A stretch of 64,000 nt of DNA from the NCBI GenBank assembly GCA_963783575.1, contig CAWAOD010000011.1, positions 320,001 through 384,000 on the forward strand. The letters are read 5' to 3'. Shown in pieces: positions 20,101-29,438 of this stretch. How positions within the stretch are numbered: position 1 is the stretch's first letter; each line of letters opens with the position of its first letter. The stretch is from an uncultured Spirochaetota bacterium (GTDB lineage Bacteria > Spirochaetota > Brevinematia > Brevinematales > JAOACQ01). Made by a program: the position numbers and the translations under genes. The notes below the pieces were generated by a model. The model saw only the letters and a program-made list of their open reading frames with translations, was not told where the DNA came from and did not search any database.

Positions 20101-20429
20101 TTTTAAAAATAACTAATGTTGTTGTAGTACCTTCAAAACTGGATGGAAGACCAAATATAGTATTAGAAAGTATGTCAATGGGTATTCCTGTTGTTGCATC
20201 ATCAGTAGGGGGATTACCTAAAATTATTAAGAATGAATACAATGGTTTCTTAAATCTAATCGGGGATATTAATGGGTTTAAAAAATCTATATTAAGTTTA
20301 TTTAATGATAAAAAATTGTATGATAAAATCTCAAAGAATTCCAGGCAGTATGCTTTAGAAAATTTAGATATAGAGATTATGTTCAAAAAGTATTTAGATA
20401 TATTATTACATTTAATAAAAGGTAATTAG
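17115..20429 (+). CDS. Multidomain glycosyltransferase: GT2, short coiled coil, amphipathic segment, degenerate GT2, GT4
   Basis: VSIIIASYN..LNSDD; middle GT2-like domain lacks a clear DxD; C-terminal GT4 with GGAD, IPNGV, GRLSEEK, DGRPNIVLESMSMGIPVV. Confidence 0.88.
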   Translation: MINMIKKYSLSKKPKVSIIIASYNHEKYIEDAINSVFNQTYQDFEIVIVDDCSKDNSVKKIQKFKDKRIKLICLDRNGGQFAATNKCIEESNGQYLAILNSDDKFCSEKIEKQVKVLDDNSNIKAVFTFVSFIDEDGNVVKDKKDTWFEQPNRTRYEWLNHFFYYGNKLCHPSVLLRRECHDKLGYYKESFSQMADFDFWIKLCLNYEIFIIPEELTMFRIRANNANRSSNSSETLNRTLWEYTDILNNYLSIKTIKELFTIFPEAKDKYHHIKDKKLISFIISMLAIEANYYSTYKNAYLIFVIRTLFALLNDNKISKKIEEQTNFTYTIFFDLLSKCDITNIVKVSNLEKQIYDLEVKLLGTEQHLKDAYEDSKSNWDYSRVLESKIKQLEQQMHNIVSSKTYHFLALFKEAFHSKKKLLLLPLRISWFFVPEKIKNKTRKSVFYKKLREFLLEKRFFNLLSKNEIQINITYKKWDYSKPFISIILVANNINGLSKTLKMITNQTFKNIEIKVLFNGAIDPNITKIIEDFDDHRIKLLLRYNQRFSNCENEGIRSSYGKYIYCSHLNEEIKPTFIEKCIFILENTNYDVCYIDFFKCGYTYKMNENINNVISLLKEKKSVFKSAVFKKLIYTNVGGFDQSLDNGFEELDFWIRILKLNYLFEKINDNQLIILDNYSYVINNNQRNEIYENIVWKKHKSFFINYKKQDIRKQNIKFIIQNNNINMLQNMTTDNNYKMLIAMPYMVIGGADTVLMQISKFLIKNNFDLIFITTLKHSDKEGDTSNEFKSITKEVYDLCEFLNDHNKWKDFIYYLIETRKINLIFIIGCEYMYNLLPEIKIKYPYIKIVDQLYNEFGHIANNRKYKQYIDINFVENERVEFVLENQYLELKSKIKLIPNGVNIHEFIPYVKNTKNEYLYNKYNIPNNKFIISYFGRLSEEKSPDVFIELVKELYYNEYLFFLLCGNGPLFNIIEKKVKENKLGDKVLLLGFVNTIEFLKITNVVVVPSKLDGRPNIVLESMSMGIPVVASSVGGLPKIIKNEYNGFLNLIGDINGFKKSILSLFNDKKLYDKISKNSRQYALENLDIEIMFKKYLDILLHLIKGN

Positions 20430-20461
20430 AATAATGACTTAAGAATAAATAGGAGGATAAT

Positions 20462-21118
20462 ATGAAATGTAGATTGTTTATTATTGGTATGATGAATATA
20501 TCATTTTTACTATTATTTAGTTGTGCATCTAGAGTTGATTATATTCTATGGAATAAGTTAGGTAGTGACACTGAAGTTATAAAAAGTAAAATTGGTGTAA
20601 ATGGAGTTAGATTTGGTGGGGATTTTAAACCTGGTAAATTTGGTAATGGATTTTTAAGTAAACAAACTAATGAATATGTGCTATTCAAAAATGCAATTCC
20701 ATTAGAAGAAGGAACAATTGAGTGCTGGGTTAAACCTTACTGGGATGGAACAACAAATGGTACTACTAGATATGGTGTTTTTGGAGATAGCCAAGGAAGC
20801 CACTTTTATTTATATTGGTCACAAAAACCAAATAATTGCTGGATTTTTAGGGCTGGAAATGTAGAAATAGGATTCCCAGGTAGTTCGTCTCATAAGTCTA
20901 ATGATAATGTTCATTTAGCAATGGCTTGGTCAAAAAAAGTTTTGATAGGATATGTTAATGGAAAAGAAGTTGTTAGAACTCAGGCAGATATAAATTTAAA
21001 TCCCGTTGATTTAGAAATTGGAAGATTAGGTGGACAATTATTAACTTTTTATGGGGTTATTGATAATCTAAAAATCTATGATCATATAAAAACTAATTTT
21101 AATTTAATAAAAGAATAA
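20462..21118 (+). CDS. Putative lipoprotein with LamG/concanavalin A-like domain
   Basis: Signal peptide ending LLLFSC; GKFGNG, EGTIECWVKP, HLAMAW, YVNG, GVIDNLKIYD. Confidence 0.75.
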   Translation: MKCRLFIIGMMNISFLLLFSCASRVDYILWNKLGSDTEVIKSKIGVNGVRFGGDFKPGKFGNGFLSKQTNEYVLFKNAIPLEEGTIECWVKPYWDGTTNGTTRYGVFGDSQGSHFYLYWSQKPNNCWIFRAGNVEIGFPGSSSHKSNDNVHLAMAWSKKVLIGYVNGKEVVRTQADINLNPVDLEIGRLGGQLLTFYGVIDNLKIYDHIKTNFNLIKE

Positions 21119-21255
21119 TTTATTACAATTTCAAAAAATATTTAAGAAATATAGTTTGGAATTGTTGTGTTCATTTTAAAGAATTTGATTTTGCATTATC
21201 TTTCTAAATCATTTAAAATAGTGTTTTTTCATTAGAAGTATTATTGGAGTGAATA

Positions 21256-23400
21256 ATGTCTGTTAGTAATAAATCCATTGATATTAAAAATAATTTCTTG
21301 TTTTTCATGATTGTTATATTTAGTTTTATTATTATAATAATAAACTATATATGGTTAATTAACAATAAAACTCCTCCTCCTTGGGATCAAGCTTGGTATT
21401 TACAAACCTCGGAAATACTATATAAAAGTTGGACAAAGGGTGGTATAATTTCATTATTAGGCTCATTTTCTCAAGCAATGGGTATTAAAGCTCCATTATT
21501 ATCAATTCTTCCTCTCCCTTTTTATTTAATTTTTGGTAATTCTGAATTATCGGCAATGTATGTGAATATTGTTTTTTTCCTATTACTTTCAATTTATTTA
21601 TTTCTATTAGTTGAAGTTATTAGTAATAATAAAAAAATAGCATTTCTATCTGTTATTATTACTCAAACAATACCACAATTTTATGCTTTGAACCGTCAGT
21701 TCTTTGTAGAATATGGTTTAACTACTTTTGTAGTAATATTTATTTATTTCTTAATAAAAAGCGATATGTTTCAAAGTAAAAAGTTCAATTATGGGATTGG
21801 TATCATATTAGGTTTAGGTTTATTAATGAAAGTAAATTTTCCCATTTACATTGTAATGCCGGTATTGTGGGTTATATTTATTCGATATAAACAAAAAAAA
21901 GATATTTTTAGTTATAATTTTATAATTGAAATGTTTAGAATTTTATTTATAGGTACATTAATTTGTTCTATATGGTATATTAGAAATTTTAATACAGTAA
22001 TACCTTTTGCATTTTCTGCTGGCTTTGGAGAACTTGGTAAGTTATACGGTTCAAGTAATATATTTTCTCTTCAAGTAATAAGTGATTTTTATAAGCAAAT
22101 ATTTATAAATAATTTCAGCTTATATTATTTTATATTACTTATAATTTGTTGTTTATATTATATAATACATAAATTTATTTCTAAAGAAAGAAATAATAAA
22201 AACCAATTTAATTTAGTGCTTTTTTTATGGTTTATTTTTCCCTTAATAATAAATACTTTTACAACAAATCGTGACACAAGATATTTAATGCCTATATTTC
22301 CTGTATTATCTATATTTATGTCTTATATAATTTATTTAATGTTCAAGAATATTCATAAAGAGATTATATTTGTTTTATTGAGTTTTTCAATCATAACAAC
22401 ACCATTAATCTCAATGATACGAAACTCTTTTTATATTCAAGACAAAAATTTAGCAAATTCTTTATTACTACCAGATAAATCAATTTGGAAGTTGGATGAA
22501 ATTATTGAATATATATATAAAAGTATGATGAAAGATGGGTTATATTCATCATTAAATATTATTGCTGTTGAACATAAAATTTTGAATTACAATACCTTCC
22601 TTTATTTAACATCAATACAAAATTTGAATTATCCTGTTGAATTTAGTTCATTAGGTTATGCTGTTGACAATGTTGATCAAGCAATTAAAAATATTATAAA
22701 TTTGAATCCATATATGATATTATATGAAGAGGGAATTAGTGAAAATGAATTAGCTGTATTTTTAAATAAATGTAATTATGGTACTCGTCAAGCAATTGAT
22801 AATAAAGAGTTACCATACAAAAAAGATAATATATTTATGCTTCCAAATAATGTAAAAGCTATATTATATAAAAGAATGACTGTAATTGAAAAAAATTCTC
22901 TTAATGAATCATATGTTATTGAAAAGTATCCAATAATGCTATTAAATGAATTATCAAAAGCATTAAAAAAAAGTGAGAATGAAAGTTATATTTCTGAAAC
23001 AAGCTTTAATGTGAATAATGATATAAGGAATGTAATATTTGAACATCCTCCGGTAAATTCTGCTGAATATGCTGAAATAAAATGGAGAAATATTGTAATA
23101 AAAAATAATAGTTATTTAAAATTTGGTATCGTTATAAATCCTTCAACCTGGGAATATAAGAATGCGGATGGAGTTAGATTTATTATTGAAGTTAAAACAA
23201 TAAACATAGATAAAATAATTTTTGATAAATATATAGATCCAAGAAATAATACTAATGACAGGAAATGGTTTGATTATAAAATAGATTTAATTGAATTTGC
23301 GAACAAAAAAATCGAATTAATATTAAAAACTCAGAATGGCGGTAAAAATAATTACTATGACCATGCCGGGTGGAGCAATCCAATAATAGATGCTAAATAA
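21256..23400 (+). CDS. ArnT/PMT-like GT-C integral membrane glycosyltransferase with extracytoplasmic C-terminal domain
   Basis: PPPWDQAWY after TM1, KAPLL, GLGLLMK, WYIRN, RYLMPIFP; many TM segments. Confidence 0.78.
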   Translation: MSVSNKSIDIKNNFLFFMIVIFSFIIIIINYIWLINNKTPPPWDQAWYLQTSEILYKSWTKGGIISLLGSFSQAMGIKAPLLSILPLPFYLIFGNSELSAMYVNIVFFLLLSIYLFLLVEVISNNKKIAFLSVIITQTIPQFYALNRQFFVEYGLTTFVVIFIYFLIKSDMFQSKKFNYGIGIILGLGLLMKVNFPIYIVMPVLWVIFIRYKQKKDIFSYNFIIEMFRILFIGTLICSIWYIRNFNTVIPFAFSAGFGELGKLYGSSNIFSLQVISDFYKQIFINNFSLYYFILLIICCLYYIIHKFISKERNNKNQFNLVLFLWFIFPLIINTFTTNRDTRYLMPIFPVLSIFMSYIIYLMFKNIHKEIIFVLLSFSIITTPLISMIRNSFYIQDKNLANSLLLPDKSIWKLDEIIEYIYKSMMKDGLYSSLNIIAVEHKILNYNTFLYLTSIQNLNYPVEFSSLGYAVDNVDQAIKNIINLNPYMILYEEGISENELAVFLNKCNYGTRQAIDNKELPYKKDNIFMLPNNVKAILYKRMTVIEKNSLNESYVIEKYPIMLLNELSKALKKSENESYISETSFNVNNDIRNVIFEHPPVNSAEYAEIKWRNIVIKNNSYLKFGIVINPSTWEYKNADGVRFIIEVKTINIDKIIFDKYIDPRNNTNDRKWFDYKIDLIEFANKKIELILKTQNGGKNNYYDHAGWSNPIIDAK

Positions 23401-23445
23401 ATTAGAATTAAATGTTCTTAAAAATAGATATCATTTGGAGAATAA

Positions 23446-24876
23446 TTGATGCAATTATCAGATAATAAACTAAATGTAATGAATTCTATAGATAAGTTAG
23501 CAGGTAAAAGGGATAGATGGATAAAAAGAAACAAATACTATTATGATAATATAATAAATTTTTTAAAATTTAATATTAGAGAAGAGAGTAGTGTTTTAGA
23601 AATAGGATGTGGTACTGGTTATTTATTAAATGGTTTGGATGTAAATAAAGGTGTTGGAATAGATGTTTCCAACGAAATGATAAAAATAGCGCAAGAAAAA
23701 TATCAACATTTAAGATTCATACAAATGGATGCTGAGAATATTGAATTAGATGAAAAATTTGATTTTATTATCATATCGGATACAGTGGGATATTTTGAGG
23801 ATGTGCAAAGAGTTTTTGAAATGATATTAAAGATTTCTCATCAGGATACAAGAATTATTATTACTTATCAAAATTTCTTATGGTTACCTATTTTTAATAT
23901 TGCGGAATTTTTAAATTTAAAAATGAAAACCAAAAAATTGAATTGGTTAAATTTAGATGATATTTCAAACTTATTACAGTTATCAAACTTTGATATAATA
24001 AAAAAAGGAAGACGTTTTTTATTACCGATATATATACCATTTATTTCCTGGTTATTTAATAAGTATATTTCACAGTTACCAATATTTAATTTATTTTGTA
24101 TAACTGAATATGTTATTGCGAGACCCCTATATTTATATCCATTGAATAATAAGTTATATAGTGTCAGCGTAATAATACCAGCTCGAAATGAAAAAGGTAA
24201 TATAGAAAACGCAGTCAAAAGAATACCTGATATGGGAAGACATACAGAAGTGATATTTGTGGAAGGTAATTCAATTGATGAAACATATGATGAAATAAAA
24301 CATATATGCGAGAAATATTCTTCAAAAATTGATTTGAAATATATTAAACAGGATGGTAAAGGTAAAGGAGATGCTGTTAGAAAAGGCTTTACTTTGGCTA
24401 CAGGTGATATTTTAATGATACTGGATGCGGACTTAACTGTTCCACCAGAAGACCTCACCAAATTTTATAATGCGATTACTACCGGAAAGGGTGAATATAT
24501 CAATGGTTCAAGACTAGTTTATCCAATGGAAAAAGAAGCTATGAGGCTTTTAAATATTTTAGGAAATAAATTTTTTTCAATCATGTTTTCTTGGCTATTA
24601 GGACAAAGATTAAAGGATACATTATGTGGTACTAAAGTTATTTCGAAAAAGAATTGGGATAAATTGGTAATAAATAGAAAATATTTTGGTGATTTTGATC
24701 CTTTTGGTGATTTTGATCTGATTTTCGGCGCATCAAAATTAAATCTAAAAATTGTTGAAGTTCCAATTCGTTATAAAGCCCGTGAATATGGTGATACTAA
24801 TATATCCCGTTTTAAACATGGCTGGCTACTATTAAAAATGGTATTATTTGCAATGGGAAAAATCAAATTTATATAA
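23446..24876 (+). CDS. Fusion of a class I methyltransferase domain and a polyprenyl-phosphate GT2
   Basis: VLEIGCGTG at the N-terminus; SVIIPARNE, GKGDAVRKG, ILDADL, GSRL, DTLCGTK, FGDFDL at the C-terminus. Confidence 0.85.
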   Translation: MMQLSDNKLNVMNSIDKLAGKRDRWIKRNKYYYDNIINFLKFNIREESSVLEIGCGTGYLLNGLDVNKGVGIDVSNEMIKIAQEKYQHLRFIQMDAENIELDEKFDFIIISDTVGYFEDVQRVFEMILKISHQDTRIIITYQNFLWLPIFNIAEFLNLKMKTKKLNWLNLDDISNLLQLSNFDIIKKGRRFLLPIYIPFISWLFNKYISQLPIFNLFCITEYVIARPLYLYPLNNKLYSVSVIIPARNEKGNIENAVKRIPDMGRHTEVIFVEGNSIDETYDEIKHICEKYSSKIDLKYIKQDGKGKGDAVRKGFTLATGDILMILDADLTVPPEDLTKFYNAITTGKGEYINGSRLVYPMEKEAMRLLNILGNKFFSIMFSWLLGQRLKDTLCGTKVISKKNWDKLVINRKYFGDFDPFGDFDLIFGASKLNLKIVEVPIRYKAREYGDTNISRFKHGWLLLKMVLFAMGKIKFI

Positions 24877-24886
24877 TGAGGAATTA

Positions 24887-25249
24887 ATGTTTTATAAAAT
24901 TCTTTTATTTATTGGTGTTGGATGCAATGTAATCGCACAGTTTTCATTGAAAATTGGAATGAAGCAAATTGGTTTAGTAGAAATAAATTCTAGTATAATT
25001 TCGAAGTTAAAAACGATGTTATTCAATCTATTTTTTATCGGTGGTATACTCTTTTATGGATTAGGCTTTCTCCTTTATTCAATTGTATTATCAAAAATTG
25101 AACTTGGAAAGGCATACTCTGTAGCAAGTGTATCAGCAATTGTATTAATATTTATTATATCAGTTATATTTTTAAGTGAAACAGTAAATATGATGAAATT
25201 AATTGGTGTAATTTTATGTGTTATAGGTATATTTTTTATTTTTAAATAG
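24887..25249 (+). CDS. SMR/EamA-type small transporter (ArnE/ArnF-like candidate flippase)
   Basis: Four TM helices, AQFSLKIGM, LSKIELGKAYS; ATG 24887 follows GAGGA. Confidence 0.75.
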   Translation: MFYKILLFIGVGCNVIAQFSLKIGMKQIGLVEINSSIISKLKTMLFNLFFIGGILFYGLGFLLYSIVLSKIELGKAYSVASVSAIVLIFIISVIFLSETVNMMKLIGVILCVIGIFFIFK

Positions 25250-25258
25250 TAGGTTTAA

Positions 25259-25987
25259 ATGTCTATTGATAAGTTAATAAGTCATAAACATATTTGGAAT
25301 AAGAAAAAGATTATTAGGGTAATATATACTGAATGGTATCAAAAAATATTAAAAGATATAAAATCTGAAAATGGAAAAACATTAGAATTGGGAGCTGGTT
25401 CTGGCAATTTTAAAGAATTTAAACCAGAAACAATTTCAGCAGATATTGAAAAGTGTGATTGGTTGGATATGTGTTTTGATGCTCATGATATACCTTTTAA
25501 GGATAATAGTATATCAAATATAGTAATGATAGATGTTTTGCATCATTTATCTAATCCAATTAGATTCTTTAAAGAAGCTTATAGAGTTCTAGAAAGAAAT
25601 GGTAGAATAATCATAATAGAACCTTTTCCTTCTCCTATATCATTAATTGTTTATAGAATATTTCACCCGGAACCATTTATTTTTAATATCAATTATTTTA
25701 ATAAAAAGGAAATTAATGAAAAAGATTCATGGGATTCAAACCAGGCTATAGCATATCTTTTATTTTATAAATATTTTTATCATTTTTCAAAATTATTTGA
25801 TGATAAACTGATAACATTGAAAAGACAAAAAATGTGTTGCTTACTTTATCCATTATCAGGAGGTTTTGAGAATAAGCAATTAATACCAGACTTTTTAATA
25901 TCATTTTTTAATTTTCTTGAATATTTATTAATACCACTTCGCTGGTTGATGGCTTTTAGATGTTATATTTTATTACAAAAAAAATAA
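25259..25987 (+). CDS. Class I SAM-dependent methyltransferase
   Basis: LELGAGSG, IVMIDVLHHL, GRIIIIEP, YPLSGGF. Confidence 0.85.
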   Translation: MSIDKLISHKHIWNKKKIIRVIYTEWYQKILKDIKSENGKTLELGAGSGNFKEFKPETISADIEKCDWLDMCFDAHDIPFKDNSISNIVMIDVLHHLSNPIRFFKEAYRVLERNGRIIIIEPFPSPISLIVYRIFHPEPFIFNINYFNKKEINEKDSWDSNQAIAYLLFYKYFYHFSKLFDDKLITLKRQKMCCLLYPLSGGFENKQLIPDFLISFFNFLEYLLIPLRWLMAFRCYILLQKK

Positions 25988-26164
25988 ATCTTGAATCCTT
26001 AAGTTATTAGCAAAAAACAGATTACACCTTTATAATACATAGGTTTGTGAAACTGAAACTGATCACCCAGAGGATCTGGATTCCGGAGAAAGTTTATTTT
26101 CATAAATTTGTAAAAATGTGGAGATGTTTTAGACGTTGTCGAGAAATAAAAATCGCAATGCTGG

Positions 26165-26945
26165 CGATGATAGACCGAGGACATACCGTCGGAAAGTGCG
26201 TAAGGATTATTTGAACTCAGTGAAGAACGAAAAAATCAGTTCGAATAAATTATCTCAGGCGATAAGAAACAGCTCAATTATGTGAGACGGGATTTAAAAT
26301 ACGGATAAAATTGATTTATCCAAAATGTCGGATAAGAAGTGTGAAGAATTGAAAGTGATCAAGAAAGTCTATGAACAGCAAAAAGAGATATTTGAAAAAG
26401 GGACGTACAGTATTGCCGGAAGAATAATAAGAATATCAAAGCCGCATATAAGGTCGATAGTCCGGGGTAATGCTGGAGCAAATGTGCAAAAGTATCCATT
26501 AGTATGTTCAACGGATATGTGTTCACTGATAAGATAAGCTGGGAAAATTTCAATGAAGGAACGATACTGAAGGATGAGGTTGAGAAATATCATAAGAGAT
26601 TTGGCTGCTATCCAAAATCAGTTATTGCAGAAAAAATATATCGGAACAGAGCCAATCAGGAATATTGCAAGGAAAGAGGTATATGGCTAAGTTGTTCTCC
26701 TCTGGGTAGAACGAAAATAGAAAAGTTTCAGTAAGAAACGCATTAGAAGGAGAATTTGGGGTTGGTAAAAGGAAATATGGGTTAAATCTTATAATGACAA
26801 AGCTTCCAAATACAAGTGAAACAGTAATAGCATTAAATTTCTTTTTATTAAACCTGGAAAAGAATCTTCGGCTTCTTTTACACCAAATGTTTTTATGGCT
26901 ATTTTTGATGTTTTGACTGTTCCGGTTTGCATGTAATTTTCAAAA
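26165..26945 (+). pseudogene. Decayed 3' half of an IS5-family transposase (relative of the element at 29391-32304)
   Basis: DNA colinear with the intact tnp (RPRTYRRK, KPHIRSIVRG, DKISWENFNEG, GEFGVGKRKYG); multiple frameshifts, an internal deletion near 26725, terminal IR absent. Confidence 0.88.
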
Positions 26946-27137
26946 AAAATAAAAAAGCGATAAAAAGACTAACAAGGCTGATAATCTTTAATTCTTAATT
27001 GAATTTCTCTATAAACTTAAAAATAAGGTATTTCATGTCTCTAAAGAAAAAAGTTTCCGAAAACCGTTATGGATGGAAACCCTTTGCATCAAATAAAAAG
27101 GTATGCGTTATTTCTCTTATTCATTATAAAGAAATTC

Positions 27138-27404
27138 ATGTCTAGGTGGCAAGGGTTGTTATCCGATAACGACAAGCTATTGCTTTCAAGTCTTCTCTGG
27201 GATACTGATGTGGAAAAAATTGATTTACTGAAAGACAAACATGCTATTATCGAAAGGATTTTGATGTATGGAAGGCCTGAGCATATTGAATGGATGTTGG
27301 AAAGATACACAGAAAAAGATTTGAAAAACGTGGTTAAAAAATCGAAAAATCTTGATAATAAAACATTAAATTACTGGGCAATACGGTTGAATATTTCTTT
27401 ATAG
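27138..27404 (+). CDS. DUF6922-like putative antitoxin
   Basis: LLWDTDVEKIDL..IIERILMYG..W..Y motif; 8 bp upstream of the AbiEii toxin; start codon uncertain. Confidence 0.72.
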   Translation: MSRWQGLLSDNDKLLLSSLLWDTDVEKIDLLKDKHAIIERILMYGRPEHIEWMLERYTEKDLKNVVKKSKNLDNKTLNYWAIRLNISL

Positions 27405-27412
27405 GAGACGGC

Positions 27413-28045
27413 ATGTATCTTGAAACTATTAGTAGTGAAATGGCTCTAATATTAAATAATTTTTCAAATATTCCCCTTATTTATACAAATTTTTATCTGG
27501 CCGGGGGAACCGGGCTGGCTCTTCATCTGGGACACCGTAAAAGCATTGATCTTGATTTTTTCTCTGAAAAAAAATTCAATTCGGAAATAATCACTTCAAC
27601 TCTTACTAAAATAAACGGTAAAATTACCTTTGCGGAAGAAGATACCGTTTACGCGGTGATGAGCGGAGTTAAAATATCGTTTATGCTTTATAACTACCCA
27701 ATTTTGAAGGATTTTATTTTATTCAATCAAATCAAAATAGCTGATATGGAAGATATTGTTTGCATGAAGGTAATAGCCATATCACAAAGAGCAGAAAAAA
27801 AAGATTTTTTCGATATGTTTGAAATATTAAAAATCATATCCCCTATTACAATAAAGGAATTGATCTTAAAAAAGTATGGTGAGAATAGAATCAATTGTTA
27901 TCATATATTAAAATCCTTATTTTATTTTAAAGACGCGGAAGATTCTGTCGAACCAATGAGTCTCAATAATACCCGATGGAAAGATGTAAAGGATTTTTTT
28001 ATAAAGAACGAAAAAACATTAAGAGAAGCCATGATGTACGGTTAA
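27413..28045 (+). CDS. AbiEii/AbiGii-family nucleotidyltransferase toxin (type IV TA)
   Basis: FYLAGGTGLALHLGHRKSIDLDFF, MKVIAISQRAEKKDFFD. Confidence 0.88.
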   Translation: MYLETISSEMALILNNFSNIPLIYTNFYLAGGTGLALHLGHRKSIDLDFFSEKKFNSEIITSTLTKINGKITFAEEDTVYAVMSGVKISFMLYNYPILKDFILFNQIKIADMEDIVCMKVIAISQRAEKKDFFDMFEILKIISPITIKELILKKYGENRINCYHILKSLFYFKDAEDSVEPMSLNNTRWKDVKDFFIKNEKTLREAMMYG

Positions 28046-28291
28046 ACCTTTTTATTCAAGCTGTTTAATTTAGTATGCTGATTAAAAATAAAACTCTATA
28101 TTATTAATGGATTAAAAACTTTTTTATCTTATTGATTTCAATTAGACACAATACAGAAGATAATGCATTGTGTCATATATGCAACCCTTCGTGTAATAAT
28201 AATAAAACAGCTGAATTATTTGCTACTTTAAAAGGAATTTTGAAATCCTTTAAAATTTATTCGGTTATATTTTGAAAATAAGGATAATAGT

Positions 28292-29230
28292 ATGAATATT
28301 CTCATCACCGGTGGAGCCGGATTCATCGGTTCACACCTCGCAGAAGAACTGATCAATAAAAAAGATTTTACTGGCAAAATTGTTATAATAGATAATCTTT
28401 CAACTGGAAAACTTGAAAATCTTCCGAAAAGCAATCAACTGGAATTTATTGAAATGGATATTACTGATGCCGACCGAATTGATGAATTATTTAGAAAGTA
28501 TTCTTTCGATTACATCTTTCATCTAGCCGCTATAGCTTCTGTTCAGGATTCTATTATAAATCCGATTAATACTCATAAGGTCAACTTTGACGCGACTTTG
28601 TATTTACTGGAGAAAGCAAGGGGACAGAAAAATTTAAAACATTTTATTTTTGCCAGTTCCGCTGCGGTTTATGGCGACGATCCATCACTTCCCTGCCGTG
28701 AAGACAATCCGGTTAATCCCATATCGCCTTATGGAGTCGATAAATATGCTTCTGAAAGATATGTAATCAATCATTGCAGACTCTATGGAACCCCGGCAAC
28801 AGTTTTTCGTTTTTTTAACATATTCGGTCCAAGGCAAAATCCTACTTCTCCCTATTCGGGAGTGATTTCCATATTTGCCGAAGCGTTTAAACAAAGTAAA
28901 CCTAATATTACAATATTCGGGGATGGAAAACAAACCAGGGATTTTGTTTATGTGAAAGACCTGGTGAAGATCATTTTAAATTCGTTAAATAGCGATAAAA
29001 TAATAGGGGAAGTTTATAATATCGGTACGGGAAGAGAAACTTATCTTAAATTAATCGTCGAGCATTTAGAAGAAATTACCGGGAAGAAGGCTAAAATTAA
29101 TTACAAAAGTGAAAGACAAGGTGATATCAAAAGATCAGTGGCTGATAAAAATAAGATTATTTCAGATAAAATTATTGATCGATTTATTTCAGTTAAAGAA
29201 GGTTTGAGACAATTAATGGATAGTATCTGA
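28292..29230 (+). CDS. NAD-dependent epimerase/dehydratase (UDP-hexose 4-epimerase-like)
   Basis: TGGAGFIGSH, SSAAVYG, YGVDK, RFFNIFGPRQNP..YSGVIS, RDFVYVKD. Confidence 0.88.
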   Translation: MNILITGGAGFIGSHLAEELINKKDFTGKIVIIDNLSTGKLENLPKSNQLEFIEMDITDADRIDELFRKYSFDYIFHLAAIASVQDSIINPINTHKVNFDATLYLLEKARGQKNLKHFIFASSAAVYGDDPSLPCREDNPVNPISPYGVDKYASERYVINHCRLYGTPATVFRFFNIFGPRQNPTSPYSGVISIFAEAFKQSKPNITIFGDGKQTRDFVYVKDLVKIILNSLNSDKIIGEVYNIGTGRETYLKLIVEHLEEITGKKAKINYKSERQGDIKRSVADKNKIISDKIIDRFISVKEGLRQLMDSI

Positions 29231-29438
29231 TTATTAATTAAACTAAGCAAAAATTATAAACTAATTGGGCAAGAAAAAATCATATAACTTATTCCAATAA
29301 TTAGTAATATTAACTCTTTGGTTAGTGTAGCAATAGTGTAAATATTATGATATCAGATAATGCCAAATTTCATTTATAAAAGACTAATTAGGGCTTACTG
29401 AAAAACTAGTTTTGAAAATTATGCACAAGCCGGAACAG

